Of a DNA stretch of 64,000 nt, positions 28,760-38,337 are shown piece after piece. The DNA is from an uncultured Planctomycetaceae bacterium (GTDB taxonomy: Bacteria > Planctomycetota > Planctomycetia > Pirellulales > PALSA-1355): NCBI GenBank assembly GCA_963787355.1, contig CAWBCP010000005.1:58032-122031 (forward strand), in the 5' to 3' direction. The number at the start of each line of letters is the position of its first letter. Position 1 is the first letter of the stretch. The notes beneath the pieces were generated by a model, which saw only the letters and a list, made by a program, of their open reading frames with translations, had not been told where the DNA came from and did not search any database. Made by a program: the position numbers and the translations under genes.

Positions 28760-28831
28760 GACGCTGAAGCCAGACGGCATGGCAACTGCCTGCAAAGCAG
28801 TTCTTAGCGGGTTCGACTCCCGCCGGCGTCT
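28760..28831 (+). tRNA. tRNA-Cys(GCA)
   Basis: Acceptor gacgctg/cggcgtc; D-stem gcca/tggc; anticodon stem actgc/gcagt, loop ctGCAaa; T-arm gcggg-ttcgact-cccgc. Confidence 0.7.
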
Positions 28832-28923
28832 TTGATGATTCCCGCGTATAGGGAACGCTTGAAAAGGGCTCCCGAGATCACTAGACTTGGTGAAACGCCC
28901 GCAAGCAGATCACGGAGTAGCTC

Positions 28924-29949
28924 ATGAAATCGTTCGCTGCAGCCATTCTGATCGCAATGACGTTCGTGCGCGCGGCTGTTGCCGTGCAAATCCATGTGGG
29001 CGATATTGTCGCTCCTCAATTCGACAACGTTGGCACGATAGTTGTAGTTCACACTGACACGGGAAATCGAGAAGTCCTTTCTCACTATCCCGACGTTGGG
29101 CAGGGACCAGCAGAGTACCGACCGACGAGCATCGCGAGATTGCCGGAGGGAGATTTTCTTGTAACGGAGGCGTTTTTCAACCAAGCGCTTTATCGAATTA
29201 GTGCAACAACCGGCAATCGTACTCTCATCTCCGGGATCGCGGAAACGACTCGTGGATCCGGACCCATTGACCATCCTCAAACGGTGCTGTTTAGATCGTC
29301 GGGCGATGCGATCCTAACGAACTCGGCACATCTTAACTACAGCACCGGATTCGTTACTCGCGTGGATTTGACAACGGGAGACCGCACATTGATTTCCGGA
29401 TTGGGAGTGGGAAGCGGGCCGCAATTCGACTATCCCGCAGGTGGTGCAATTGACGCCGCTGGCAAGCTTATCGTTGCGGACAATGCATTACCGGCGATTT
29501 TTAGCGTAGACCTTACAACGGGCGCAAGAACTGTTATTTCCGGCCTGGGGCATGGCACCGGTCCGGCACTTCCAAACATCCAAGACCTTGTGATATTGCC
29601 CGGCGGCCAGATCATGACGGAAGGCAATCATCAGCTGCTTCGCATCGATCCCACAAGTGGGAATCGAACACTAATTTCAACGGCATCAAACGACTACGAG
29701 CGAATTGCACTTGGCGCGAACGGTAGCCTTCTTGCCTCTACGGTAGGAGCGATACTGTCAGTCGATCCCACAACCGGAATCGAAACCGTTGTCTCGGCGA
29801 ACGGGGTCAATAGTGGTCCGAATCTCTTCTGGGGAGATATGGTTGTCGTTCCGGAGCCGACCACTGGAATCCTTTTCGTGCTTGGGATATTTATTCTTGC
29901 GCTCAAACGGTCTGCACGGCTCGTACGTGAACCATCTGACATTGACTAA
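28924..29949 (+). CDS. PEP-CTERM-anchored secreted protein with ~7 imperfect 'TTG.RTLISG' repeats (beta-propeller-like); low GC (~50%)
   Basis: Signal peptide MKSFAAAILIAMTFVRAAVA; repeated (T/S)TG(N/D)RT(L/V)ISG(L/I)... units; C-terminal VVPEPTTGILFVLGIFILALKRSARL. Confidence 0.65.
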   Translation: MKSFAAAILIAMTFVRAAVAVQIHVGDIVAPQFDNVGTIVVVHTDTGNREVLSHYPDVGQGPAEYRPTSIARLPEGDFLVTEAFFNQALYRISATTGNRTLISGIAETTRGSGPIDHPQTVLFRSSGDAILTNSAHLNYSTGFVTRVDLTTGDRTLISGLGVGSGPQFDYPAGGAIDAAGKLIVADNALPAIFSVDLTTGARTVISGLGHGTGPALPNIQDLVILPGGQIMTEGNHQLLRIDPTSGNRTLISTASNDYERIALGANGSLLASTVGAILSVDPTTGIETVVSANGVNSGPNLFWGDMVVVPEPTTGILFVLGIFILALKRSARLVREPSDID

Positions 29950-30069
29950 CGTCGATGTATTGAAGGTTGATTCGGCCGGTTCCAGCGGCGCACGGCGGCT
30001 CGTCCTTGATGAGAGGCGATCGCCGCACGTGTGTTCCGCGAATGGGTTCTGCAGAAGGCTGCGTCTACC

Positions 30070-30145
30070 GTAACCAACAGATGGTTAGCTCAGTGGGTAG
30101 AGCACCAGACTTTGCATCTGGCTGTCACGGGTTCGACTCCCGTAC
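30070..30145 (+). tRNA. tRNA-like remnant (Ala/Gln-type body; acceptor strands not complementary)
   Basis: D-arm tagctcagtgggtagagca, anticodon arm ccaga-ctTTGca-tctgg, T-arm acggg-ttcgact-cccgt. The 5' strand cagatgg cannot pair with the 3' strand accaaac. Confidence 0.35.
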
Positions 30146-30625
30146 CAAACGCGGCGAAAGCCGCCCGTGGGCGCCGGTACACGCCGTCCAAACGCCCGCG
30201 GGGGCGGGCAAACGCAGGTCTGCCGTTGGCACAGCGTTGAAAGACGCAGGCTCGCGCGGTGCGAGAGCGCCGTGACGAGTCACATGCTGGCGGCAACACA
30301 AGACGGTGCCCTGCAGTGTGCAGATACCGCCTGTGCGAGTTCTTGGCAACGACAAAACGACGCCGACGGCAATGCAAGAGCATGCTCACGCAACGCCATC
30401 GGCTGAGCCAAACTGGCGCCTTGGATAGTACAAGCTCAAGCGCACTCCGCATACGGATGTGGGACCGACGTTTCGCTTCGCCCCCAACGGCATTTTTCGA
30501 CACGTCTTGGCGGTTGAATGGCACGAGATCTTTATGCGGACAGGCGTGTCGTGTAGCCAAGCGGTCGAGTAGACTGTGGGTGCGCGTCGGTTCCTGCAGT
30601 AATTGGCCTCGCAGCGAGTGGTACC

Positions 30626-31213
30626 GTGAATGACAACCTCCAAAAGCGGGCGTGGGCAACCACACTCTGCCTCTTCGCAACACTTAGCGCCTGGCTAATG
30701 ATATTTTTTGTGGGTCTCGAAGTTGATACGTCACGCTTCGAGCTCGACGAACAGCTGAAATTTGAGACGTTTATCGCGTACACCTGGACTAACGTGGGGC
30801 TTCTCTCTGTTTTGGCCGCCTTCATGGCATACTTTGCCAGATCACCTTCAATATTGCCACGGCTAACTGCCACTGGATTCTTAATCTACCTGCTGGTGAT
30901 GACGGGACAATCTGTGCTCGGCCTTGGGATTGGCGCAGAGGAGACTAAATCGATTGCCATTCAGGTATCGCGACAACAGTATCTTCGCGTCGCTGCTTCA
31001 ATCAGCCTACTGAGTTTTTTAGCGGTGTACGATCCGGCATTGCTGGGAAGTCTGATAAAGCTTCCGTTGACATTCATCGATCCTAACGACCGGCACAACA
31101 GAGGGCACGCGGTGAAAGTGGACGACGCCAAGTCCATCAAGACAACACGCGAAGCGAGCCCTTCGATTGCTTTGGACGCATCTCAAAGCACAAGGCCTTC
31201 GGACGACACGTAG
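30626..31213 (+). CDS. hypothetical integral membrane protein (4-5 TM), low GC
   Basis: ATG ORF with multiple hydrophobic segments (LCLFATLSAWLMIFFVGL..., GLLSVLAAFMAYFA..., GFLIYLLVMTG..., ISLLSFLAVY...). Confidence 0.5.
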   Translation: MNDNLQKRAWATTLCLFATLSAWLMIFFVGLEVDTSRFELDEQLKFETFIAYTWTNVGLLSVLAAFMAYFARSPSILPRLTATGFLIYLLVMTGQSVLGLGIGAEETKSIAIQVSRQQYLRVAASISLLSFLAVYDPALLGSLIKLPLTFIDPNDRHNRGHAVKVDDAKSIKTTREASPSIALDASQSTRPSDDT

Positions 31214-31444
31214 TAAATTCATAGAAGAGTCGCTTTGCCGGGCGCCCCTGCGGCGCAACTCTTTGCACATTGAACGCGAACTCGCTAGGCCTTCCCATCG
31301 TCGTTGCTCTGTCTGTCACGCTATCCTGGGATCAGGGTGATGCGCCGGCCATCGCCACTACACGACACACACTTTGATTCACGGTGAACCACAGCGACAG
31401 GTACGGCGTCTAATCCTCTATGCACTCAGAGGAATCTAGCGCCA

Positions 31445-32557
31445 ATGAACATCTACATCTCCAAGACAGTCAAGATCCGCAGCTACGAAATGGGTCTGTA
31501 CTTCCGCGACGGCGAGTTCAAGGGCTTGCTGCGCGAAGGTCGGCACTGGTTCGTGGACCCGCTGGGCAAGATCAAGGTCGAGGTCGTCTCGCAGCGTCAG
31601 CCTTGGTTGCAGCACGAGAAGCTCGACGTGATCTCGCGCTCGGGTGCGCTCAAGGACCGCGCGGCGGTGCTGGACCTGAAGGACTACCAGCGGGCTTTGG
31701 TCTGGATCGATGGTCGCTTCAGCCACATCCTGCCGCCGGGCCTGTACGCCTACTGGACTGCTCTGCGCGACGTGAAGGTTGAGGTGGTCGATGCCCGCAA
31801 GGTGCGGTTCGAGCACCCGGACCTGAAGGTCATTGTGCAGTCGCCGCTTGTCGAGCGCGTGCTGGAGTTGGCGACGGTGCAGCCGTTCAACATGGGCGTG
31901 CTGTTCATCGACGGCGACTTCGTCGAGACGTTGCCGCCGGGCCGCTACGCCTTCTGGAAGAACATGGCGCAGGTCAAGTTCGTCCAGGAGGACTTGCGCG
32001 AGGCCATGTTCGACGTGGCCGGCCAGGACATCATGACGGCCGATAAGGTGACGCTGCGGATGAACGCGGTCGTCACATATCGCGTCGCCGATGCCCGCCT
32101 GGCGGTCAGCACGGTCGACGACGTGCGGCAGGCACTGTACCGCGAGGCGCAGTTGGCGCTGCGTGCGGTGGTGGGTGCCCGTGAGCTCGACACGTTCCTG
32201 ACGGAGAAGGACGGCGTGGCGAGCGAACTGGCCGACATGGTGCGTGCGCGGGCCAAGACCTTGGGCGTGGAGCTGATTGCCGTGGGTATCCGCGACATCA
32301 TCCTGCCGGGCGAGATGAAGGACCTGATGAACCGTGTCACGGAGGCCAAGAAGGCCGCCGAGGCCAACCTCATCGCTCGCCGCGAGGAGACGGCCGCCAT
32401 GCGCAGCCAGGCCAACACCGCCAAGCTGCTGGCCGACAACCCGACCCTGATGCGCCTGCGCGAGCTGGAGGTGCTGGAGAAGGTCGCTGCCAACAGCAAG
32501 CTCAACGTCGTGTTGGGCGAGAAGGGCCTGACGGATCGGGTGATGAACGTGTTGTAA
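31445..32557 (+). CDS. SPFH/Band-7 (stomatin/prohibitin-like, slipin) domain protein
   Basis: The C-terminal 250 aa carry the SPFH signature (TADKVTLRMNAVVTYRV...ALRAVVGARELDTFLTEKD...ELIAVGIRDIILPGEMKDLMNRVTEAKKAAEANLIARREE) and a coiled-coil tail. Confidence 0.7.
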   Translation: MNIYISKTVKIRSYEMGLYFRDGEFKGLLREGRHWFVDPLGKIKVEVVSQRQPWLQHEKLDVISRSGALKDRAAVLDLKDYQRALVWIDGRFSHILPPGLYAYWTALRDVKVEVVDARKVRFEHPDLKVIVQSPLVERVLELATVQPFNMGVLFIDGDFVETLPPGRYAFWKNMAQVKFVQEDLREAMFDVAGQDIMTADKVTLRMNAVVTYRVADARLAVSTVDDVRQALYREAQLALRAVVGARELDTFLTEKDGVASELADMVRARAKTLGVELIAVGIRDIILPGEMKDLMNRVTEAKKAAEANLIARREETAAMRSQANTAKLLADNPTLMRLRELEVLEKVAANSKLNVVLGEKGLTDRVMNVL

Positions 32558-32566
32558 CGAGAAGCC

Positions 32567-32612
32567 CCGAGGGCCGGGTGGAAACCTGGCCCTCGGGGTC
32601 TTTGATCTTTCT
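32567..32612 (+). terminator. Rho-independent terminator after the SPFH gene
   Basis: GC hairpin ccccgagggcc-(12 nt loop)-ggccctcgggg followed by tctttgatcttt. Confidence 0.6.
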
Positions 32613-33189
32613 ACCTTGGAGACAGCGGGACTGCCATCGGCCGGTGCCTTCAGGGCCGTCTGGCGCGGCATTTTAGCGGTCGGGACGTGGCCACGGCCTT
32701 CGAGTTCCTAAAGACTCAGAATACCCAAACTGACATCTGTGTTCAGATCAAGGGGCCCAGCGATCGGACCCTCCAGGGAGCTGGCGCCGGTCGCGGCACT
32801 TCTTTGGCGGCTCGTCAATTGGATGTCGGGTGCGGGCTCATTAAAGACCATCACAAAGACGGCTGGTCTGGCGCACCCGTCCGCTGCAACGCCTAGTGGC
32901 CCGATAGGGGCAAGGCGTCGCACTAAGGGCTCAAGGGCATCGAATGCGGTTGAGCACGCTACGCATGCTCCTGGTGAACCGCTTGCCATGCCGCCTGTGG
33001 AAAACAGATTCGAACACTCCGCGATCGCGGTAAGGCCACGTAGCTCGTCACCTTCAATTGCGGTTGCGTCTACGGAAGAATACGGAGCTACGGCGCAGAC
33101 TACGACATTTCCTCGCAATATCTCGTGCGTCCTTGCAATGCCTTGCAATTCTGAATGAAGTGGCTAAATTGCTACTCATCAATGTCTTG

Positions 33190-33266
33190 GAGCTTTTGGC
33201 GAGCTTCGCAGAGAGTGCTTCCCAAGCTGGATGTCGCGAGTTCGAGTCTCGTCTCCCGCTCTCAAG
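33190..33266 (+). other. tRNA 3'-half-like fragment (Gly-TCC-like anticodon region plus T-arm gcgag-ttcgagt-ctcgt), no acceptor 5' strand
   Basis: The sequence ...gtgcttcccaagctggatgtcgcgagttcgagtctcgtctcccgct resembles the 3' two-thirds of a tRNA. It may be an integration-site remnant. Confidence 0.3.
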
Positions 33267-33549
33267 CACAACACCTGCCGAAATCTTGTCTTGGATTACC
33301 TGCCGGCAGTCGGCAGTGCGCCTTTTTCCGCGGACGCAAGCCAGTCATTGACCGGTTTGCGCCACTCGAGGAAAGGGGATCGCACCTGCCGCGGCTCGAG
33401 GATGCACCGCCTGCCGAAGCGATCGGTCGTTTCCTGCCGCTGGCCGCTGGCCTTTTTTATTATTCACGTTGATGCGCGTCGGCAACTCCAAGATGCGCGC
33501 GCAGTGCCGAACTACTCCGCGTGGCCCTTTTGCTGCGGGCAGATGAAAC

Positions 33550-34878
33550 ATGACAAGAATTGCCCAGTTGGTTTTGCTTTGCGTCGGTTTTGCGCTGCCA
33601 GGCCTGCAACCTCCGGCAAAGGCAGAACACCCTGCCACGACCACCGATGTTACTCGTCTGGGCAAGCTTGACGCGCGCTTTCAGGCCGCGCTCGACGCCA
33701 TTTGCGCGAAGTATGAACTGCCGGGCATGACGGCCGCTTATATCCTGCCCGACGACCGCGTGGTGGCCTTTGCCAGCGGGCTGGCTGACAAGGAAAGCGG
33801 CGCGAAAATGACCGTCGACGCACGCATGCCGGCCGGCAGTATCGGCAAGACGTTCGTCGCAGCCACGGTCATCGGCTTGGCACAAGACGGCAAGCTGTCG
33901 CTTGACGACAAGATCGAAAAGTGGCTCGGCAACGAGCCATGGTTCGGTGATCTGCCCAATGCGCGCGAGATCACGATTCGGCATCTGCTGATGCATCGGA
34001 GCGGGCTGGCCGATCACATCTACGATGCGAAGTGGATCGCAGAGGCCCAGCAAATGGTGCGGTCGCTCGACGTGGATCCTGACCGCTACTTCAAGCCGGC
34101 CGAGTTGGTCGCGTTCATCCTCAAACGCAAACCGCTTTTTCCATCCGGCCAGGGATTCAAATACACCGACACCGGCTATATCCTGCTGGGACTCATCATC
34201 GAGCGCGCGGGCGACGCGACCTACTACGATCAGGTTCGACAGCGCTTTTTGGAGCCATTGAAACTCAAATACACCGAGCCGGCCGATCATCGCGACATCC
34301 CAAACCTCGCCGCCGGATACCTGTCGGCGAAGAATCCGTTTGGCCTGCCCGAGAAGATTACCGCCCATGGCAAGCTACGATACAATCCGGCCACGGAATG
34401 GACCGGGGGCGGATTGGTCAGCAATCCACAGGATCTGGTTCGCTGGGCCAAGACGCTCTACGAAGGCCGAGCCTTGGAGAAACCGTACCTGGAAGATTTG
34501 CTCGCCTCGGATCCACGAGACGAAAACAAGTCCAGCAAGTATGGGCTAGGCGTCTATATCACGAAGAGCCCTCTTGGCACCAGCTACGGCCACGGCGGAT
34601 GGTCGGTCGGTTACCTGTCGCACGTCGACTACTACCCGGACCAGCGCGTGGCCGTGGCGGTGCAGACCAACACCGATGTCCGCGACGACATGCTCGGCGA
34701 CCTGATGGCGCTGATCAAGGACGTGCTGGACACCATCGGCCGGGCGCTAGCGTTGCCCATTCTCCGCAAGCACGACTGTCCGCCGGGGAGACGAAAGCCA
34801 TGCCGATCGATGAGCTTGCCGTGCCATCTCACGTGGTGTTGTAGGTCTGTAGCTTCCCAGCGATCGCCTCGCGCGTGA
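33550..34878 (+). CDS. serine hydrolase, beta-lactamase/penicillin-binding-protein family (class C-like)
   Basis: Signal peptide MTRIAQLVLLCVGFALPGLQPPAKA; S-x-x-K active site (PAGSIGKTF); the YxN-like and HGG(W) motifs lie later. The last ~45 aa look frame-shifted (C/R-rich). Confidence 0.65.
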   Translation: MTRIAQLVLLCVGFALPGLQPPAKAEHPATTTDVTRLGKLDARFQAALDAICAKYELPGMTAAYILPDDRVVAFASGLADKESGAKMTVDARMPAGSIGKTFVAATVIGLAQDGKLSLDDKIEKWLGNEPWFGDLPNAREITIRHLLMHRSGLADHIYDAKWIAEAQQMVRSLDVDPDRYFKPAELVAFILKRKPLFPSGQGFKYTDTGYILLGLIIERAGDATYYDQVRQRFLEPLKLKYTEPADHRDIPNLAAGYLSAKNPFGLPEKITAHGKLRYNPATEWTGGGLVSNPQDLVRWAKTLYEGRALEKPYLEDLLASDPRDENKSSKYGLGVYITKSPLGTSYGHGGWSVGYLSHVDYYPDQRVAVAVQTNTDVRDDMLGDLMALIKDVLDTIGRALALPILRKHDCPPGRRKPCRSMSLPCHLTWCCRSVASQRSPRA

Positions 34879-36442
34879 ATTTATAAAAGTGCCAGTGCGT
34901 CACGCACCGGTTCATGTATTGCGCGAAACCGATGATGTCTCGCCGAAACCGCAGGTTTCGGGTGAAGAAGTATTTCAGATAGACGAACCCAACCGTCCTC
35001 AGCGAGCCGTCGCGCCACAGCGCCCAGAACAGTGACCAAGACAGCGCCAGCCCATAGCAGAGGTTTGGCAGCCGTTTTCCTTCCTCGGCCCTCGTGCAAA
35101 TCTCGGCGCGTCGCTGGAGATACTCGGGCGACTCGTAGACCTTGAAGTAGCGATCGAAGAATGCTTCGGGGGTGTAAAGCCGCTCGACAAGTTTCCAATA
35201 TCCCTGGCGCAACTCGTCCCGGCTCATTTGTTTGGGGATGAAGTTGCAGTTGGGTTCGTTCTCGATGAGCCGCCCCTCGCGCTGGAGCCTGTCGTAGAGC
35301 GGCGTCTTGGGAATCGCCTGCAACATTCCGACCATCGCCAGCGTGATTCCGTTCTCTTGAATGAAGCGGAACTGATCGTCGAAAATCTCCTTGTCGTCGT
35401 TGTCGAACCCGACGATGAACCCGGCGTTGACGTCGAGGCCCGCATCGCGAATTCGCGACAGCTTGGCCTGCAACGTGTCGCCTCGGACGTTCTGAAATTT
35501 CTTGGTCTCGTTCAGCGATTCTCGACGCGGTGTCTCGATGCCGATGAATACGCTGCGGAAGTTGGCCCGATACATCAGCTCCAGCAGCTCGGAATCATTT
35601 GCCAGATCGATGCTGGCTTCGGTCGTCAAGTGCAGCGGGTAGTGGTGCTGTTCCATCCAGGGAATCAGTAGCTGCAACAGTGCCTTGGCCTTCTTCTTGT
35701 TCCCGATGAAGTTGTCGTCGACGATGAAGACGGAATGGAACCCAGCTCGGCGCATGTCGTCCAATTCGGCCACGAGCTGGGCCGGGTCTTTGACTCGCGG
35801 CTTGCGCCCAAAGATGACGATGATGTCGCAGAATTCGCACTCGAACGGGCATCCGCGCGAGTACTGCAGCGCCCCCGTCGCGTAGCGGTCGACCTTAAGG
35901 TGGTCGTAACGCGGACGCGGCACCTTGGTCATGTCGGTTGGCTGCGATTGCTCGTAGCGATACTCGGTGGGCTTGCCGCGTGCATAGTCGTCGAGAAACT
36001 GCGGCCAGGTGGTCTCGGCCTCTCCAATGAACTTTGCGTCGCACAAGCCGTCGAAGAACTCTTCCTTCACCGAGACGAACGGGCCACCCACCACGGTAAA
36101 CACCTTCAACTCGCGCAGCCTGGCTAGTATCTGGTGAATTCGTTCCTTTTGAACGTTCATTCCCGTGACGCCGACAATGTCGTAATTGCGGAGGGACTCC
36201 CAATCGATCTCCTCGACATTCTCGTCGAGCAAGCGTACCTGGTGATCGCCGCAGAGCCCGGCCACCGACGAGAGCGATCCGGAGATCATCGTGCTGCGCT
36301 TGTCCCCGGGGTAAAGCGGCAGCGCATACTCGAATCCCCAGTACGACGGGTCGAATCGCGGGTTGATCAGGCAAATCGAGAGCGTTCGCTGGGGCGATTC
36401 GGTCTCGCTGTCCTGTTCCCGCATTGGCAGCGTGGTACTCAT
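34829..36442 (-). CDS. B12-binding radical SAM protein with C-terminal DUF4070 (HpnR/BchE-like class B methyltransferase family)
   Basis: The N-terminal B12-binding region is followed by the radical SAM core CPFECEFC and then the DUF4070-like tail (...RYFKVYESPEYLQRRAEI...). Confidence 0.75.
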   Translation of the reverse strand: MSTTLPMREQDSETESPQRTLSICLINPRFDPSYWGFEYALPLYPGDKRSTMISGSLSSVAGLCGDHQVRLLDENVEEIDWESLRNYDIVGVTGMNVQKERIHQILARLRELKVFTVVGGPFVSVKEEFFDGLCDAKFIGEAETTWPQFLDDYARGKPTEYRYEQSQPTDMTKVPRPRYDHLKVDRYATGALQYSRGCPFECEFCDIIVIFGRKPRVKDPAQLVAELDDMRRAGFHSVFIVDDNFIGNKKKAKALLQLLIPWMEQHHYPLHLTTEASIDLANDSELLELMYRANFRSVFIGIETPRRESLNETKKFQNVRGDTLQAKLSRIRDAGLDVNAGFIVGFDNDDKEIFDDQFRFIQENGITLAMVGMLQAIPKTPLYDRLQREGRLIENEPNCNFIPKQMSRDELRQGYWKLVERLYTPEAFFDRYFKVYESPEYLQRRAEICTRAEEGKRLPNLCYGLALSWSLFWALWRDGSLRTVGFVYLKYFFTRNLRFRRDIIGFAQYMNRCVTHWHFYKFTREAIAGKLQTYNTT

Positions 36443-36768
36443 CCCGAGGATTCCCTGAAGATCGTTGTAGTGCCAAGGGACCGATGTGCGGAGCCTGCGC
36501 CGAATGGCGCAGGGGCGGTAGGCTACGGTACGCGGGGCAATTCCCCAAGATCAAACCTCCCGAACCACCGTGCAGAGTCTCCAGCCAGAGCAATCCTCCT
36601 TGGGCGGCTGGGCTCAAGCCTGGGGCCCACCACGTGCCGGCGATAGCAGAGCAAGCACCCCTTTTTGGATGTCGCCGACGGGGCATGCGGCCCCCGTCCA
36701 CGCGACTCGCGGCCAGTGCCAGCATGCCAAGGCCCAGCGGGGCGGCAACACCATTGACGCGGCCCACC

Positions 36769-37077
36769 AACCGCAGGGTTCATCGAAAGGGAGCCCTTTC
36801 GGCCGCATACGGCGAACCCGGCGTCATTCCCGGTTTCATGGGCACGGCGAGTTTTCACATCATCGGAGGCGGCGACGAAGAATCGTTTTGCTCCAGCTCG
36901 CATGGTGCGGGGCGCGAGTTCTGTCGCCGCGATGCGGCGAAGCGGATCAACGCGCGACGGCTGAAGCGAGAAATGCACGGAGTGTGGTTTGACCATCGGC
37001 GAGCGGCGATGCTGCGTGGCGAGGCTTTAGCCGCTTACAAAGATATTCATGCCGTGATGCAGCGCAGCGAGAGTTGA
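36769..37077 (+). pseudogene. rtcB: RNA ligase RtcB, C-terminal ~100-aa fragment
   Basis: ...VHRKGA...GVIPGFMGTASFHIIGGGDEESFCSSSHGAGR...AYKDIHAVM matches the RtcB C-terminus; the upstream part of the ORF is GC-rich nonsense. Confidence 0.5.
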
Positions 37078-37231
37078 CCAAGGTCGAGCGGCAATTACGG
37101 CCGCTCTTGAGCTACAAGGGAGTTTGAAGACGATCACGAGCCCCGACGGCCCTCCACGAGCGGAACCGGTCCCCGTCTTTTGGTATTCTGTAAGACGTCG
37201 TCTAACTCGCTCTCGTTTAGGCAGGCAAGCA

Positions 37232-38206
37232 ATGTCTCGCGCAAATTCGCATATTGAAGTCATCGTCGCCGCCGTCGCCATGTTTGCCACTGTCGCAGGC
37301 CAGGCCGCTGGGGGCGAGAGCCGCCAGCTCGATCGGGACCTGGTAAAGGTCGCGGCGGTTCAAATCAGCGGCTATGACAAGGGCGATCTCCCACGCGCGG
37401 GATACGACCCGACGATTCCGTTGGTCGCCTACATTGATCGTGCCGGAAAGGACCTTGCTCAACTGGTTGTTTTTCCGGAGTACGTTCTAGGGCGCATTAC
37501 CGTGCCCGGACCGTCCACCCAGAAGATTGCCGCCGCGGCCAAGGCAAACGCGATCTACGTCATTGTCGGCTGCTGGGAGGTGTTTGATGATGGCACCTTC
37601 GCGAACACGTCGCTGATCTTCGGCCGTAGCGGCGAGATCGTCGGCAAATACCGCAAGACGCACGCCGCGATCGACCATTACGAGGGTGAGCCGCCCTGGC
37701 AACATCCTCCGTCCGGACACACAACAGATTGGATGCTCGAGCACGATCCGGAATGGATCATGAAAGCCGGCGATGAATTGCCCGTGTTCGAGTTTGACTT
37801 CGGTACCGTGGGAGTTTTGACCTGCTACGACGGCTGGTTTCCCGAGCCGGCCCGAGTCCTGTCGCTCAAGGGGGCCGAGCTGCTGGTGTGGATCAACGGC
37901 CGAGGCGGTTCGGTTGAAGATTTCATCGTCAAGTCGACCATGTTTCAAAGCCACGTGGCCATGATCACCGCGAACCAGGCTTACGGAAGCGGGACGATGA
38001 TCGGCGACTGCTCCCAACGGCCGGCGAGAATCCTTGCCCGCTGTCCGGACAAGCAGGAATCGTACATTTCCGCGACCATCAACCTGAAGCAGATTCGGCA
38101 GGCAAGAGCGACGAGCCGCAATTTTCGTCAACGAAGGCCCGACCTGTACGGCACGCTGGTGGCCCCCAAAGAGAGTTTGCCGGTATTCGGGTCGCCGCGC
38201 AAGTGA
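37232..38206 (+). CDS. carbon-nitrogen hydrolase (nitrilase/amidase superfamily) protein, secreted
   Basis: Signal peptide MSRANSHIEVIVAAVAMFATVAGQAAG; the CN-hydrolase fold is signalled by VVFPEY... and ...VLTCYDGWFPE (catalytic Cys). Confidence 0.65.
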   Translation: MSRANSHIEVIVAAVAMFATVAGQAAGGESRQLDRDLVKVAAVQISGYDKGDLPRAGYDPTIPLVAYIDRAGKDLAQLVVFPEYVLGRITVPGPSTQKIAAAAKANAIYVIVGCWEVFDDGTFANTSLIFGRSGEIVGKYRKTHAAIDHYEGEPPWQHPPSGHTTDWMLEHDPEWIMKAGDELPVFEFDFGTVGVLTCYDGWFPEPARVLSLKGAELLVWINGRGGSVEDFIVKSTMFQSHVAMITANQAYGSGTMIGDCSQRPARILARCPDKQESYISATINLKQIRQARATSRNFRQRRPDLYGTLVAPKESLPVFGSPRK

Positions 38207-38337
38207 ACCACCACGATGGACCCCTCGATTGGTATCGGGCGTCACGAATCGCTATATTGGCGGCGTCACCTGGCGATGACGCGTCGGACGAACCTTACGG
38301 TTCCCGTGAACTCTCGGAAATCGAGAAACCCAACGCC

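Larger units (their letters stand above)
18765..31400. mobile_element. Putative genomic island or integrated-element remnant carrying the tRNA array
   Basis: The segment carries the tRNA array, an HNH endonuclease and small novel ORFs. GC is visibly lower than the flanks (several genes ~50%). It is bordered by an hsdR remnant at one end and by tRNA-like fragments (30070-30145, 33190-33266) at the other. No integrase was found. Confidence 0.4.
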
